From: Gammaproteobacteria bacterium
Lineage (GTDB): Bacteria; Pseudomonadota; Gammaproteobacteria; JABABF01
Direction: 5' to 3'
NCBI GenBank assembly: GCA_965237805.1
Contig: OZ250153.1
Location: forward strand, 1,632,001-1,696,000
DNA length: 64,000 nt
Positions 33,859 through 44,196 of this stretch are shown here, piece after piece (positions within the stretch are counted from its first letter, which is position 1; every line of letters starts with the position of its first letter). The notes under the pieces are model-generated. The model was not told the DNA's origin. It ran no database searches and saw only the letters and a list, made by a program, of their open reading frames with translations. The translations under genes were made by a program, and so were the position numbers.

Positions 33859-35777
33859 TGGCCCTGTTACAGATCCAAGAGCCCGGCACCGCCCCGCAGG
33901 AGCGCCCCCGGCGCCGTGCGGTCGGCATCGATCTCGGCACCACCCACAGCTTGGTGGCGACGGTGCGCGACGGTGTCCCCCAGCTGCTCGCCGATGCCGC
34001 CGGGCACGAGCTATTGCCCTCCGCTGTCTATTACCCTGAGGGCGGCGAGGCGGTGGTGGGAGCCGAGGCACTGGCGGCGAGCAGGCGGGAGCCGGAGCGC
34101 GTCCTGCTGTCGATCAAGCGCTTGCTCGGCCGCGGGCGCGACGAAGTCGAAGAGCACGGTGGGCAGCGTTTGGTGGCCGATGGCGATGGCGCGGTCAAAC
34201 TGCTCAGCGCCGCCGGTGAGCACAGCCCGGTGCTCGTCTCCGCCGAGATTCTCGGTGCCCTCAAGCGACGCGCCGAGCAGGCATTGGGCGGCGCGCCAGA
34301 GGGTGTCGTCATCACCGTGCCGGCCTATTTCGACGACGGCCAACGCCAGGCCACCGCGGCGGCGGCGCAGCTCGCCGGTTTGCCCTTGTTGCGCCTGATC
34401 AATGAGCCCACCGCGGCGGCTTTGGCCTACGGCTTGGACAGCGGTGCGCAGGGGCTGATCGCAGTCTACGACCTGGGCGGCGGCACCTTCGATCTGTCGC
34501 TGCTGCGGCTCGAGCGCGGCGTCTTCCAGGTGTTGGCGACCGGCGGCGATACCTCACTCGGCGGCGATGACTTCGACCGCGCCGTGGCGCTGTGGTTGAT
34601 CGGCCCGGACACCGCTTGGGCAGAGCTGCCGCCGCCGACGCGCCAGCGCCTGTTGGCGGCGGCGCGCGAGGCGCGCGAGGCGCTGGGTGATGCGCCACAA
34701 GTCGAGCTGCGCTGGGATGGCGGCGAGGGCCTCGCGGCGCTCAGCCGCACCTTGACGCAGCAGGATTTTGCGGCGCTCGCCACCCCCTTGGTCGAGCGCA
34801 GTCTGGCGGTTTGTGAGCGCAGTCTGCGCGATGCCGGTCTGGCGGTCGGCGATATCGGCCAGCTGATTCTGGTCGGCGGTGCCACCCGCATGCCGGTGGT
34901 GCGCCGTGCGGTGGCCGAGTGGTGCGGGCGCGAGCCGTTGGCTGGCATCGATCCCGATCGGGTGGTCGCGATGGGGGCCGCCCTGCAGGCCGACAGTTTG
35001 ATCGGCAACCGCAGCGGGGGCGATGCCCTATTGCTCGATGTGGCACCGCTGTCGCTGGGTATCGAGTTGATGGGGGGATTGGCCGAGGTGGTCGTGCCCC
35101 GCAACACGCCCTTGCCCGCCCAGCGGCAGCGCACCTTTACCACCGCCCGCAATGGGCAGACGGCGCTCTCTGTGCATGTGGTGCAGGGAGAGCGCGATCT
35201 GGCGAGCGATTGCCGCTCGCTGGCACACTTCGAGCTGCGTGGCATCCCGCCGCTGACGGCCGGTGCGGCGCGCATCGAGGTTGGCTTCCAAGTCGATGCC
35301 GACGGCCTGCTCTCGGTGACGGCGCGCGAACTCAGCACCGGGGTGCGCAGCGAGATCGAGGCGCGTCCTTCTTATGGCATCGGTGGTGATGATGTGCAGC
35401 GCATGTTGCGCCAAGCCTTCGACAGCGCTGAGGAGGACAGCCGAGTTCGTCTGCTGGTCGAGCAGCGGCTGGCGGCGGAGCAGCTGCTGGACAGCGTGGA
35501 GGGGGCCTTGAGCAGCGATGGTGAGCGTCTGCTGGCAGCCGCCGAGCGGGAGCAGCTGGCGCAGGCCAGCCAACAGCTGCGCAGCCATGTCGCGGCGCTG
35601 TCTGAGTCTGCCGACGAGGGGCAGATCGCCGAGTTGCGCACACAGGTAGAGCACTTGAACGAACTCAGCACGCCCTTTGCCGAGCGGCGCATGGACGATG
35701 CCCTGCGCACCACCTTGGTCGGTCGCTCGGTGACGCAGTTGCAAGGCGATATCACCGCCGAGGCCGAGCTGTCGTGA
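33858..35777 (+). CDS. hscA: Chaperone HscA
   Basis: [25 protein letters not shown] and QVDADGLL. Confidence 0.94.
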   Translation: MALLQIQEPGTAPQERPRRRAVGIDLGTTHSLVATVRDGVPQLLADAAGHELLPSAVYYPEGGEAVVGAEALAASRREPERVLLSIKRLLGRGRDEVEEHGGQRLVADGDGAVKLLSAAGEHSPVLVSAEILGALKRRAEQALGGAPEGVVITVPAYFDDGQRQATAAAAQLAGLPLLRLINEPTAAALAYGLDSGAQGLIAVYDLGGGTFDLSLLRLERGVFQVLATGGDTSLGGDDFDRAVALWLIGPDTAWAELPPPTRQRLLAAAREAREALGDAPQVELRWDGGEGLAALSRTLTQQDFAALATPLVERSLAVCERSLRDAGLAVGDIGQLILVGGATRMPVVRRAVAEWCGREPLAGIDPDRVVAMGAALQADSLIGNRSGGDALLLDVAPLSLGIELMGGLAEVVVPRNTPLPAQRQRTFTTARNGQTALSVHVVQGERDLASDCRSLAHFELRGIPPLTAGAARIEVGFQVDADGLLSVTARELSTGVRSEIEARPSYGIGGDDVQRMLRQAFDSAEEDSRVRLLVEQRLAAEQLLDSVEGALSSDGERLLAAAEREQLAQASQQLRSHVAALSESADEGQIAELRTQVEHLNELSTPFAERRMDDALRTTLVGRSVTQLQGDITAEAELS

Positions 35778-36118
35778 CCCGCATCGTCGTATTGCCGCAC
35801 GACGGGCTGTGTCCCGGTGGCGCGGTGCTGGAAGCCGCGCCGGGCGAGAGCATCTGCGCCGCGCTATTGCGCGATGGCATCGAGCTCGAGCACGCCTGCG
35901 AGATGTCCTGCGCCTGCACCACCTGTCATGTCATCGTGCGCGAGGGCTATGATTCGATGGAGCCGCCAGACGAGCTCGAGGACGATTTGCTCGACAAGGC
36001 TTGGGGCTTGGAGCCCCAGTCGCGGCTCGGCTGCCAGGCGGTGCCGTCGCAAGACCAAGACGAGCTGGTCGTCGAGATTCCGCGCTATACCATCAACATG
36101 ATCTCGGAGAGCCACTGA
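35774..36118 (+). CDS. fdx: ISC 2Fe-2S ferredoxin
   Basis: [14 protein letters not shown] and SRLGCQ. Confidence 0.94.
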   Translation: MTRIVVLPHDGLCPGGAVLEAAPGESICAALLRDGIELEHACEMSCACTTCHVIVREGYDSMEPPDELEDDLLDKAWGLEPQSRLGCQAVPSQDQDELVVEIPRYTINMISESH

Positions 36119-36159
36119 GCGTCGGTGTGCGCCGAGGGCAAAGCGTCACAGGGAAAATC

Positions 36160-36354
36160 ATGCGTTGGACTGATGTGCAAGAGATAGCGATCGCTTTGGC
36201 CGACAGCGGGATCGAGCGCGACCCACTCACGGTGCGCTTCACCGACTTGCGTCGCTGGGTGATCGAGTTAGCGGATTTCGACGACGATCCAGATCGCTGC
36301 AACGAGCGTATTCTCGAGGCCATTCAAGCGGCGTGGCTGGAGGAGATAGATTAG
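36160..36354 (+). CDS. iscX: IscX
   Basis: MRWTDVQEIAIAL..VRFTDL..LEAIQAAW. Confidence 0.92.
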   Translation: MRWTDVQEIAIALADSGIERDPLTVRFTDLRRWVIELADFDDDPDRCNERILEAIQAAWLEEID

Positions 36355-36460
36355 GCGCTTTCGCGCAAGACGCTTGGCAATACGCGCACGATGGCCTTAC
36401 AATAAGTAGCTGTCCTGATTTTAGGGCATTTCCCCCTGAGCAAATGTCGCGATGCCCGCC

Positions 36461-36874
36461 ATGGCCGTTGAGCGTACCCTCTGCATTGTCAAGCCCGATA
36501 TTGTCGGTGCCCAGCGCATCGGTGCCCTGTGTGAGCGCATTGAACGCAACGGTCTGCGCATCGTCGAAATGCGCATGGTGCGGCTGGCGCGCGAGCGTGT
36601 CGCTACGTTTTACGGCGAGCACCGGGGCAAGGCTTTTTTTGATTCCCTGCTCGATTTCATGTGCTCTGGTCCAGTTGTGGCACAGGTGTTGGAGGGGGAG
36701 GGTGCGGTGGCCAGCTTCCGCCAGCTGATGGGCCATACCGACCCGACTCAGGCGGCCCCCGGCACCCTGCGTGCAGACTTTGCCCAGTCCATTGATGCCA
36801 ATGCGGTACACGGCTCCGATTCCACTGACTCTGCGCGCCGCGAGATCGATTTTTTCTTCGGTCAATCGTCGTGA
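36461..36874 (+). CDS. ndk: Nucleoside-diphosphate kinase
   Basis: ERTLCIVKPD, PGTLRADFA and NAVHGSD. Confidence 0.95.
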   Translation: MAVERTLCIVKPDIVGAQRIGALCERIERNGLRIVEMRMVRLARERVATFYGEHRGKAFFDSLLDFMCSGPVVAQVLEGEGAVASFRQLMGHTDPTQAAPGTLRADFAQSIDANAVHGSDSTDSARREIDFFFGQSS

Positions 36875-37989
36875 GCACAGCGCAGACCGGCCTGTTGGCG
36901 GCGGTGCCGAGCCAGCCCTTATTGGGTGTGCCGCGCTCTGGGCTCGAAGCTTTTTTCCACCGTTTGGGAGAGCCCTCTTTCCGCGCCTCACAACTGTTGC
37001 AATGGGTGCACCATGCCGGTGTCACCGACTTTGCCCAGATGAGCAACTTCGGCCTGCGCCTGCGCTCTCGGCTCAGCGGTGCCGCCGAGCTGTTGCCAGC
37101 GCGTTTCAGCGAAGAGCAGCGCGCTGCCGACGGCTGCCGCAAGTGGCTGTTGCCGCTGGCTGGTGGCGGCGCTGTCGAGACGGTGTTCATCCCCGAGCAG
37201 CGGCGCGGCACACTGTGTGTTTCCACCCAGTTGGGCTGCGCGCTGGGATGCACTTTTTGCGCCACCGCTCAGGGTGGGTTCAAGCGCAACCTCAGCAGCG
37301 CTGAGATCATCGCTCAGGTGTGGCGTGCCCACGAGGCTCTGGATGCCTTTAGCCGCGGCCCGCCGCGTCGTATCACCAACATCGTCTTCATGGGCATGGG
37401 CGAACCCCTGCTCAACTTGGAGCAGCTCAGCGCCGCCGTGCGCCTGCTGCGCGACGATGATGCCTATGGCATTCCAGGTCGCAAGCTGACGCTGAGCACG
37501 GTGGGTGTGGTGCCGATGCTCGATCGCTTGGATGCCTCCCTGCAGCTGGCGCTGGCCTTGTCCCTACACGCGCCCAACGATGAGCTGCGCGAGCGCTTGG
37601 TACCGCTCAATCGGCGTTTCCCCATCGCCGAGCTGCTGGCTGCCTGCCGCCGCTATCTGGATCGTCTCGGGGATTCGCGCCGCTCGATCACCATCGAGTA
37701 CACGCTGATCGACGGCATCAACGATACGCCAGCGCTGGCACAGGATACGGCGCGGCTGTTGCGCGGGCTGCGCTGCAAGATCAATTTGATCCCCTGCAAT
37801 CCGATCGCGGGTGCGCCGTGGCGCAGCTCCCCTCCGGCGGCGGTGGCGGCCTTCCGTCAAGTGCTGCGCGAGGCTGGCTACACGGTGACGGTGCGCTCCA
37901 CCCGCGGCGAGGACATCGCCGCCGCCTGCGGTCAGCTGCGCGGCCAAGTGCCCGGCGGCATCGCACGACGGCAGGAGTTGCGGGCATGA
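36871..37989 (+). CDS. rlmN: 23S rRNA/tRNA adenine C2-methyltransferase RlmN
   Basis: CALGCTFC radical-SAM motif, MGMGEP, SLHAP and AACGQL. Confidence 0.95.
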   Translation: MSTAQTGLLAAVPSQPLLGVPRSGLEAFFHRLGEPSFRASQLLQWVHHAGVTDFAQMSNFGLRLRSRLSGAAELLPARFSEEQRAADGCRKWLLPLAGGGAVETVFIPEQRRGTLCVSTQLGCALGCTFCATAQGGFKRNLSSAEIIAQVWRAHEALDAFSRGPPRRITNIVFMGMGEPLLNLEQLSAAVRLLRDDDAYGIPGRKLTLSTVGVVPMLDRLDASLQLALALSLHAPNDELRERLVPLNRRFPIAELLAACRRYLDRLGDSRRSITIEYTLIDGINDTPALAQDTARLLRGLRCKINLIPCNPIAGAPWRSSPPAAVAAFRQVLREAGYTVTVRSTRGEDIAAACGQLRGQVPGGIARRQELRA

Positions 37990-38379
37990 CACGGCGGCAG
38001 GAGTTGCGAGCATGACACGACGGCAGGAGTTGCGAGCATGACACGACGGCAGGAGTTGCGAGCATGACACGACGGCAGGAGTTGCGGGCATGACACGGCG
38101 GCAGGAGTTGCGGGCATGACACGACGGCAGGAGTTGCGGGCATGACACGACGGCAGGAGTTGCGGGCATGACACGACGGCAGGAGTTGCGGGCATGACAC
38201 GACGGCAGGAGTTGCGAGCATGACACGGCGGCAGGAGTTGCGGGCATGACACGACGGCAGGAGTTGCGGGCATGACACGACGGCAGGAGTTGCGGGCATG
38301 ACACGGCGGCAGGAGTTGCGAGCATGACACGGCGGCAGGAGTTGCGGGCATGACACGACGGCAGGAGTTGCGGGCATGA
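37964..38379 (+). repeat. 16 x 26-bp tandem array, CACGRCGGCAGGAGTTGCGRGCATGA
   Basis: 416 bp = 16 units counted directly; the first unit holds the rlmN stop and the last holds the ispG start. Confidence 0.97.
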
Positions 38380-39473
38380 AATGTCAGCTGCCACCGCCAC
38401 CGCGGCGTGCCAGTCGCCAGCTGCATGTCGGTGCTGTCCCGGTCGGCGGCGGCGCGCCGATTTCAGTGCAGACGATGACCAATACCGACACCTGCGATGT
38501 GCAGGCGACGGTGGCTCAGCTGCTGAGCGTGGAGCGTGCCGGAGCCGACATCGCCCGCGTCTCGGTGCCGAGCCAAGATGCCGCCAAGGCCTTCGCCGAG
38601 ATTCGCCAGCGCGTCTCGCTGCCGCTGGTGGCCGACATTCATTTTGATCACCTCATCGCCCTGTCGGTCCTCGAGCAGGGCGTGGATTGCCTGCGCCTGA
38701 ATCCGGGCAACATCGGGCGCGAGCCGCATATTCGCAGCGTGGTCGATTCCGCGCGCGAGCACGGGGTGCCGCTGCGCATCGGTGTCAATGCCGGTTCGCT
38801 GGAGCGCGATATCCTGCACCGCTACGGCGCACCCAGCGCCGAGGCGATGGTGGAATCGGCACTGCGCCATGTGGCCATTCTCGAGCGGCTCGACTACAGC
38901 GATTTCAAAATCAGCGTCAAATCCTCCGATCCGCGCATGGCCATCGCGGCCTATCGCAGCCTGGCCGCACGCGTCGAGCAGCCGCTCCATCTGGGCATCA
39001 CCGAGGCTGGCGGCAGTCTGTCCGGCACGGTGAAATCGGCGATCGGTCTCGGTGCCTTACTGCTGGAAGGCATTGGCGATACCCTGCGCATTTCGCTGGC
39101 CGCGCCGCCCGAAGAGGAGGTGCGCGTGGGTTGGGAGCTGCTCAAGGCCTTGCGCCTGCGCAGCCGCGGGATCAATCTCATCGCCTGCCCCGGTTGTGCG
39201 CGGCAGAACTTTGATGTCATCAATGTGGTGGGGGAGCTGGAGCAGCGTCTGGCCGATGTCAGTACGGATCTGGATGTTGCGGTGATCGGCTGCCATGTCA
39301 ATGGCCCCGGCGAGTCGCGTAGCGCCGATGTCGGCTTGACCGGCGCGTCTCCCCAGAGCTTGGCTTATGTCGACGGCAAAAAATCTCGCAAAGTTGCCGC
39401 TGGCGAGATTGTCGATGTGGTGGAATCGCTGGTGCGTGAGCGCGCCGCGCGCCCGATCGCCAGCGAGGGCTGA
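38376..39473 (+). CDS. ispG: HMBPP synthase IspG
   Basis: [32 protein letters not shown] and GCHVNGPGE. Confidence 0.95.
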   Translation: MKCQLPPPPRRASRQLHVGAVPVGGGAPISVQTMTNTDTCDVQATVAQLLSVERAGADIARVSVPSQDAAKAFAEIRQRVSLPLVADIHFDHLIALSVLEQGVDCLRLNPGNIGREPHIRSVVDSAREHGVPLRIGVNAGSLERDILHRYGAPSAEAMVESALRHVAILERLDYSDFKISVKSSDPRMAIAAYRSLAARVEQPLHLGITEAGGSLSGTVKSAIGLGALLLEGIGDTLRISLAAPPEEEVRVGWELLKALRLRSRGINLIACPGCARQNFDVINVVGELEQRLADVSTDLDVAVIGCHVNGPGESRSADVGLTGASPQSLAYVDGKKSRKVAAGEIVDVVESLVRERAARPIASEG

Positions 39474-39480
39474 GCGAGCG

Positions 39481-40779
39481 ATGGCCGCCAGCGGGGATTT
39501 TCAGAGCCTGCGCGGCATGTCGGATTGCCTGCCGGCCGATGTGATGCCGCGGCGGCGCATCGAGCAGGAAGCTTGCGCACTGTTAGAGGGTGCTGGCTAC
39601 GCCGAGATCCGCCTGCCATTGCTGGAAGACGAAGCGTTGTTTCAGCGCTCTTTGGGCGGCGCTGACGATATCGTCGTCAAGGAGATGTACCGCTGTGTTG
39701 GCAGCGGTGGCGAGGCCACCAGTGGCGTTGCCTGCCTGCGTCCGGAGGGCACCGCCCCCTGTGTGCGCGCCGCGCTGCAACACGGCCTGTTGCGCAGCGG
39801 TGCCAAGCAGAGGCTGTGGTACGGCGGTGCCATGTTCCGGCACGAGCGGCCACAGCGTGGCCGCGAGCGCCAGTTCCACCAGATCGGCGTCGAAGCCTTC
39901 GGCTTTGCCGGGCCGGATTTGGATGCTGAACTGATCGCCCTCAGCGCGCGCCTGTGGCATCGGCTCGGCATCGCCCAGCACCTCAGCTTGCAGCTCAACT
40001 CGCTGGGGGATGCCGAGGATCGGCAGCGCTACAGCGAGGCACTGGCCGAGTTCTTGCGCGGCCACGCCGCTCAGCTCGGCCCCGATGACCGTCTGCGCTT
40101 GGAGCGCAGTCCGTTGCGCGTTTTGGACAGCAAGGATGCAGCGACCCGTGCGTTGCTGTCCGAGGCACCGCTGATTGATGACTATATCGGCGATGCCGCA
40201 CGGAGCCACTGCGAGGAGCTGAGGCAGTTGCTGGCGGCCATCGGCATCGATTGCCACCTGAATCAACGCCTCGTGCGCGGACTCGACTATTACAATCGCA
40301 CAGTTTTCGAATGGCAGGCCAAGAGTTTGGGGGCACAGAGCGCTGTGGCTGCTGGCGGGCGTTATGATGGCTTGGTGGAGCAGCTTGGCGGGGCGGCGAT
40401 GCCAGCGGCTGGTTTTGCACTCGGCGTAGAGCGCCTCGCCCTGCTGTTGGCCGACGATTCGCCGCCGCCGCCGGATGTCTACCTAGTGTCGGCGGACGGT
40501 GTCGCAGCCAGCGCCGCGCAGCTGGCCGAGACATTGCGCGATCGGCTGCCGCGGCTGCGCCTGGTGTTGCACTGCGGCGGGGGCAGCTTCAAGACCCAGC
40601 TGCGCAGTGCCGATCGCAGCGGTGCCGCGATGGCGCTGTTGCTGGGAGAGGACGAGCTGCGAGAGCACCATGTGGTGGTCAAGGAGTTGCGCCGACCCGG
40701 TGCCAAGCAACTCAGCTTGCCGGTGGATGCAGTCACCGAACTGTTGGATACCCATATAGCAGAGCGAGACGATGGCTGA
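39481..40779 (+). CDS. hisS: Histidine--tRNA ligase
   Basis: LRPEGTA, FRHERPQRGR, RGLDYY and AGGRYD. Confidence 0.95.
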   Translation: MAASGDFQSLRGMSDCLPADVMPRRRIEQEACALLEGAGYAEIRLPLLEDEALFQRSLGGADDIVVKEMYRCVGSGGEATSGVACLRPEGTAPCVRAALQHGLLRSGAKQRLWYGGAMFRHERPQRGRERQFHQIGVEAFGFAGPDLDAELIALSARLWHRLGIAQHLSLQLNSLGDAEDRQRYSEALAEFLRGHAAQLGPDDRLRLERSPLRVLDSKDAATRALLSEAPLIDDYIGDAARSHCEELRQLLAAIGIDCHLNQRLVRGLDYYNRTVFEWQAKSLGAQSAVAAGGRYDGLVEQLGGAAMPAAGFALGVERLALLLADDSPPPPDVYLVSADGVAASAAQLAETLRDRLPRLRLVLHCGGGSFKTQLRSADRSGAAMALLLGEDELREHHVVVKELRRPGAKQLSLPVDAVTELLDTHIAERDDG

Positions 40780-41578
40780 TCAGCCGATCTACGATAGCGA
40801 GTTGTTGGAAACGCTACAGGACTGGTGGCAGCGCTACGGTCGCAACTTGGTGGTATTGGTGGCGGTGGCCGCGGTGGGTGTGGGTGTTTGGCAGTGGCGC
40901 GAGCGTGCCCTGTCCGTGGCGATGCGAGCCGCTTCGGATGACTACGAAGCGCTGGTCGTGCAGCTGGCCGAGTGGGATGACCGGCCAATCTCGGCGGGTG
41001 CCGGGCAGGCCGTGCCAGAGCGACAGGAATTGGCGCAGCAGCTCATGGTGGCGGCCGATACCATCAGCGAGCACTATCCCGACAGCCACTACGCCCACTA
41101 TGCGCAATCTATCAAAGCGCGCCTGTTGATCGAAGGCGGCGACTTGGAGGGTGCCTTGCAGTTGTTGGAGGCGCTCGCCCTGCGCCTGCCAGCGGACAGC
41201 GATTTGCAGGAATTGCTGGTGATGCGCCGTGCCCGCATCTTGGAGGCGCTGGGGCACCCCGCCGCTGCAGAGCGCTTGTTACGCACCAGCCCGCAGCTGA
41301 TCTACCCACAAGAATATCAGCTGCTGCTGGGCGATCTATTGCGTCGCCAAGGGCACCCCAAGGCGGCCATGCAGGCCTATGCCAGCGCGGTGGAGCTGTA
41401 CCGCGGGCAACAGCGGGGAGAGAATATCCCCGTCAGTTTGCGCCTGCATTTGGAATCGCTGTCTAGTACGCTCGCCACGCTGCAGCTGGCCGAGGCTGCC
41501 AGTAGCACCGGCATCCCCGGCATTGACATCGACGCGCCGTTGCAGCTGCTCACAGAAGAGCCTGACGAGCAGCCCTGA
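40772..41578 (+). CDS. yfgM: YfgM family TPR membrane protein
   Basis: WW..YG followed by a TM helix and TPR-like helices; syntenic position. Confidence 0.75.
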   Translation: MADQPIYDSELLETLQDWWQRYGRNLVVLVAVAAVGVGVWQWRERALSVAMRAASDDYEALVVQLAEWDDRPISAGAGQAVPERQELAQQLMVAADTISEHYPDSHYAHYAQSIKARLLIEGGDLEGALQLLEALALRLPADSDLQELLVMRRARILEALGHPAAAERLLRTSPQLIYPQEYQLLLGDLLRRQGHPKAAMQAYASAVELYRGQQRGENIPVSLRLHLESLSSTLATLQLAEAASSTGIPGIDIDAPLQLLTEEPDEQP

Positions 41579-42714
41579 TGCGCTGCGCACTGTCCCTCTT
41601 GCCGCTGCTATTGCTGGCTGCCTGTAATTTTCTCGGTAGCCCGGGGGAGCGCCCACAGCCACTACCAGAGTTCACCGCACAGCTGGCAGCCTCGCTGCTT
41701 TGGCAACGCGATATCGGCAACGGTCAGCCACGCAGCGGGCGGCTGCAACCGGTGGTGCACGATGGGATCCTCTATGTTGCCACTGCCAATGGCGTGGTCG
41801 AGGCCGTGCGCACTGAGGATGGTGAGCCGCTGTGGTCGGCCCGTCCGCTGTCCTCGATCACCGGCGGGGTCAGTTTGGGGGCTGGTGTGGTCTTGGTCGC
41901 TGGTTCCGTCGGGGCCGTCGTGGCGCTGGCGATGCGCGATGGCATACCGCGCTGGCAAAGTCAGCTGGATTCAGCAATACTGGCACCGCCAGCCAGTGGC
42001 GATGGGCTGGTCGCGATCAGCACGGCGGACGGGCGGCTCTACGCGGTGGCGACCGAAGACGGTGCCCCCTTGTGGAACTACCGTAGCCGCACCCCGTTGC
42101 TGGACTTGCACGGGCACAGCTCGCCCTTGGTGTTGGATGATGCGGTGGTGGCGGGCTTCTCGGGTTCCCGCTTGGCGTCCTTGGATCGCTCTGACGGCAC
42201 GCTGCGCTGGGTTGTGCGCACCGACAATCCCTCCGGCTCGACACCGGTGGCACGGCTGCGCGATATCGATGGCCAGCTGTTGCTGGATGGTGACACGATC
42301 TACATCACGACCTATCAAGGGGGTATCACCGCTGTCGACAGGAACCGCGGGCGCTTGCTCTGGTCACAGCCGGTGACGGCATTACACGGCCCGGTCAGTG
42401 CGCTCGGCTCATTGTTTGTGGTCGGTAGTGATGGCGAGATCAGCGCGTGGGACAAACTCAGCGGGGTCGTACGCTGGCGAGTCGAAAGCCTGCGCCACCG
42501 GCAGCTCAGCCCGCCGTCGGTGGTGTCGCACTACTTGGCTTTTTGCGGCCAAGCAGGTTGGTGCCAAGTGCTCAAGCAGAGCGACGGCTCCTATGCGGCG
42601 CGTTTCCAACACAGTGCGGGCGGTGTCAGTGCAGCACCGGTCGCCGATGGCGACCGCCTTTATATCTACGGTGACAGCGGTGTGCTCGAAGCTTGGCAAC
42701 TGGTCGAGCTTTGA
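41578..42714 (+). CDS. bamB: Outer-membrane assembly lipoprotein BamB
   Basis: Lipobox LLAAC, PQQ-type repeats and RLRDIDG; syntenic position. Confidence 0.88.
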   Translation: MRCALSLLPLLLLAACNFLGSPGERPQPLPEFTAQLAASLLWQRDIGNGQPRSGRLQPVVHDGILYVATANGVVEAVRTEDGEPLWSARPLSSITGGVSLGAGVVLVAGSVGAVVALAMRDGIPRWQSQLDSAILAPPASGDGLVAISTADGRLYAVATEDGAPLWNYRSRTPLLDLHGHSSPLVLDDAVVAGFSGSRLASLDRSDGTLRWVVRTDNPSGSTPVARLRDIDGQLLLDGDTIYITTYQGGITAVDRNRGRLLWSQPVTALHGPVSALGSLFVVGSDGEISAWDKLSGVVRWRVESLRHRQLSPPSVVSHYLAFCGQAGWCQVLKQSDGSYAARFQHSAGGVSAAPVADGDRLYIYGDSGVLEAWQLVEL

Positions 42715-42732
42715 CCCTGAGCTGGGTGTGTG

Positions 42733-44175
42733 ATGACACTGCCTGTCGCGACCTTGATCGGGCGGCCGAATGTCGGTAAGTCGATGCTATTCAATTGCCT
42801 GTGCGGTGGCCGCGATGCCTTGGTGGGTGCCGAACCGGGGCTGACCCGAGATCGCCGCTACGGTCGTTGCCGCGACCGGCACGGCGATTTCCGTTTGGTC
42901 GATGTGGGCGGCGTCGATGATGCCGCGCAGCTGGCACCGGCCCCGCTGGCGGCGATGGTGCAAGAGCAGCTGGCGCAGGCCATCGACGAAGCCGCCTTGC
43001 TGCTGTTCGTCGTCAGCGCACGCGAGGGTCTATTGCCCGTCGAGCGCAGCATCGCCGAGCGGCTGCGGCGTGCAGGGAGACCTTGGTGGCTTGCGATCAA
43101 CAAGATCGATGGCCTTGACCCCGACTTGGCGCAGGCCGAATTCAGTCCACTGGCCGCTGCCCGCAACTTTGTGCTGAGCTCTGCCCACCGGCGGGGGATC
43201 GCCGAGTTGCGTGGCGGCGTGGCGCAGGAGTTGGCCGGTCGCACCGAGGCGACGGCACCGGGGCAGTCCGCCGATGTCGCGCCAGCGCAGGATGTGGAGC
43301 AGCCTTTGCGCGTGGCTGTGATCGGCCGCCCCAACGCTGGCAAGTCGACCCTGCTCAACTGCTTGCTCGGCGAGCGACGCATGGTGGTGGATGCGCAGCC
43401 CGGGGCGACGCGGGACAGCATCGCGGTGCCGCTGAGTCGCGGTGGCTGTGACTACAGCTTGGTGGACACCGCTGGCCTGCGCCGACACGGTGACCGCGGC
43501 AGCAGGGTGGAGCGGCTGGCTGCGATGAAAGCGCTGGATGCGGTGCGCGCCAGCGATGCGGTCGTGCTCATGGTCGATGCCACGCAGGGTGCGGTGGATC
43601 AGGATCTGCGGCTACTCGGGCAGGTGTTGGAGCTCGGGCGTCCCCTGGTGTTGGCCCTGAGCAAATGGGATGCGGTGTCGCCGGTGCAGGGGGAGGCTCT
43701 GAGGGCCGAGCTGCGCCGCCGCTCGGCCTTCGCCGATTTTGTGCGCGAGCTCCCCGTGTCTGCTCACAGTGGCCACGGCATCGCCGAGCTGTTTCGAGTG
43801 CTGGAGGAGCTGCGTGCGAACTCGTTGCGTGTTCCGGGCAGCGCCACGGCGCTCAACGACATCTTGCGCCGAGCAGTTGCCGAGTGTGCACCGCCGCTGT
43901 CCGGGCGGCACCGCATTCGGCTGCGCTACGCTCATTCGGGCGGTAACCGCCCGCCCTGTGTCGTCATTCACGGCAGTCAGGCGAGCAGTACGCCGGTGTC
44001 CTATAGACGCTATTTGGAGCGCCGCTTCCGCGTCGCGATGGCACTGGTCGGATCGCCGCTGAAATTGGTGTTCCGCGATGCTGACAATCCCTACGCCGAT
44101 CGCCCCAACCGGCTGACACCGCGTCAGCAACGCCGCCGCCGCCGGCTGTTGCGCCATGTGCGCAAGGTGCGCTGA
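42733..44175 (+). CDS. der: Ribosome biogenesis GTPase Der (EngA)
   Basis: Tandem GRPN.GKS domains and a KH-like C-terminus (RLRYAH, SYRRYLE). Confidence 0.92.
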   Translation: MTLPVATLIGRPNVGKSMLFNCLCGGRDALVGAEPGLTRDRRYGRCRDRHGDFRLVDVGGVDDAAQLAPAPLAAMVQEQLAQAIDEAALLLFVVSAREGLLPVERSIAERLRRAGRPWWLAINKIDGLDPDLAQAEFSPLAAARNFVLSSAHRRGIAELRGGVAQELAGRTEATAPGQSADVAPAQDVEQPLRVAVIGRPNAGKSTLLNCLLGERRMVVDAQPGATRDSIAVPLSRGGCDYSLVDTAGLRRHGDRGSRVERLAAMKALDAVRASDAVVLMVDATQGAVDQDLRLLGQVLELGRPLVLALSKWDAVSPVQGEALRAELRRRSAFADFVRELPVSAHSGHGIAELFRVLEELRANSLRVPGSATALNDILRRAVAECAPPLSGRHRIRLRYAHSGGNRPPCVVIHGSQASSTPVSYRRYLERRFRVAMALVGSPLKLVFRDADNPYADRPNRLTPRQQRRRRRLLRHVRKVR

Positions 44176-44196
44176 GTCGCAGCGCCGACCCGGCAC

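Noticed and set aside
37964-38379. CRISPR array
   Set aside because: Units are head-to-tail with no unique spacers, and no cas genes are in the window.
37564-38426. Cys-rich repetitive minus-strand ORFs ([10 protein letters not shown]...)
   Set aside because: By-product of a repeat with no stop codon on that strand; antisense to rlmN and ispG.
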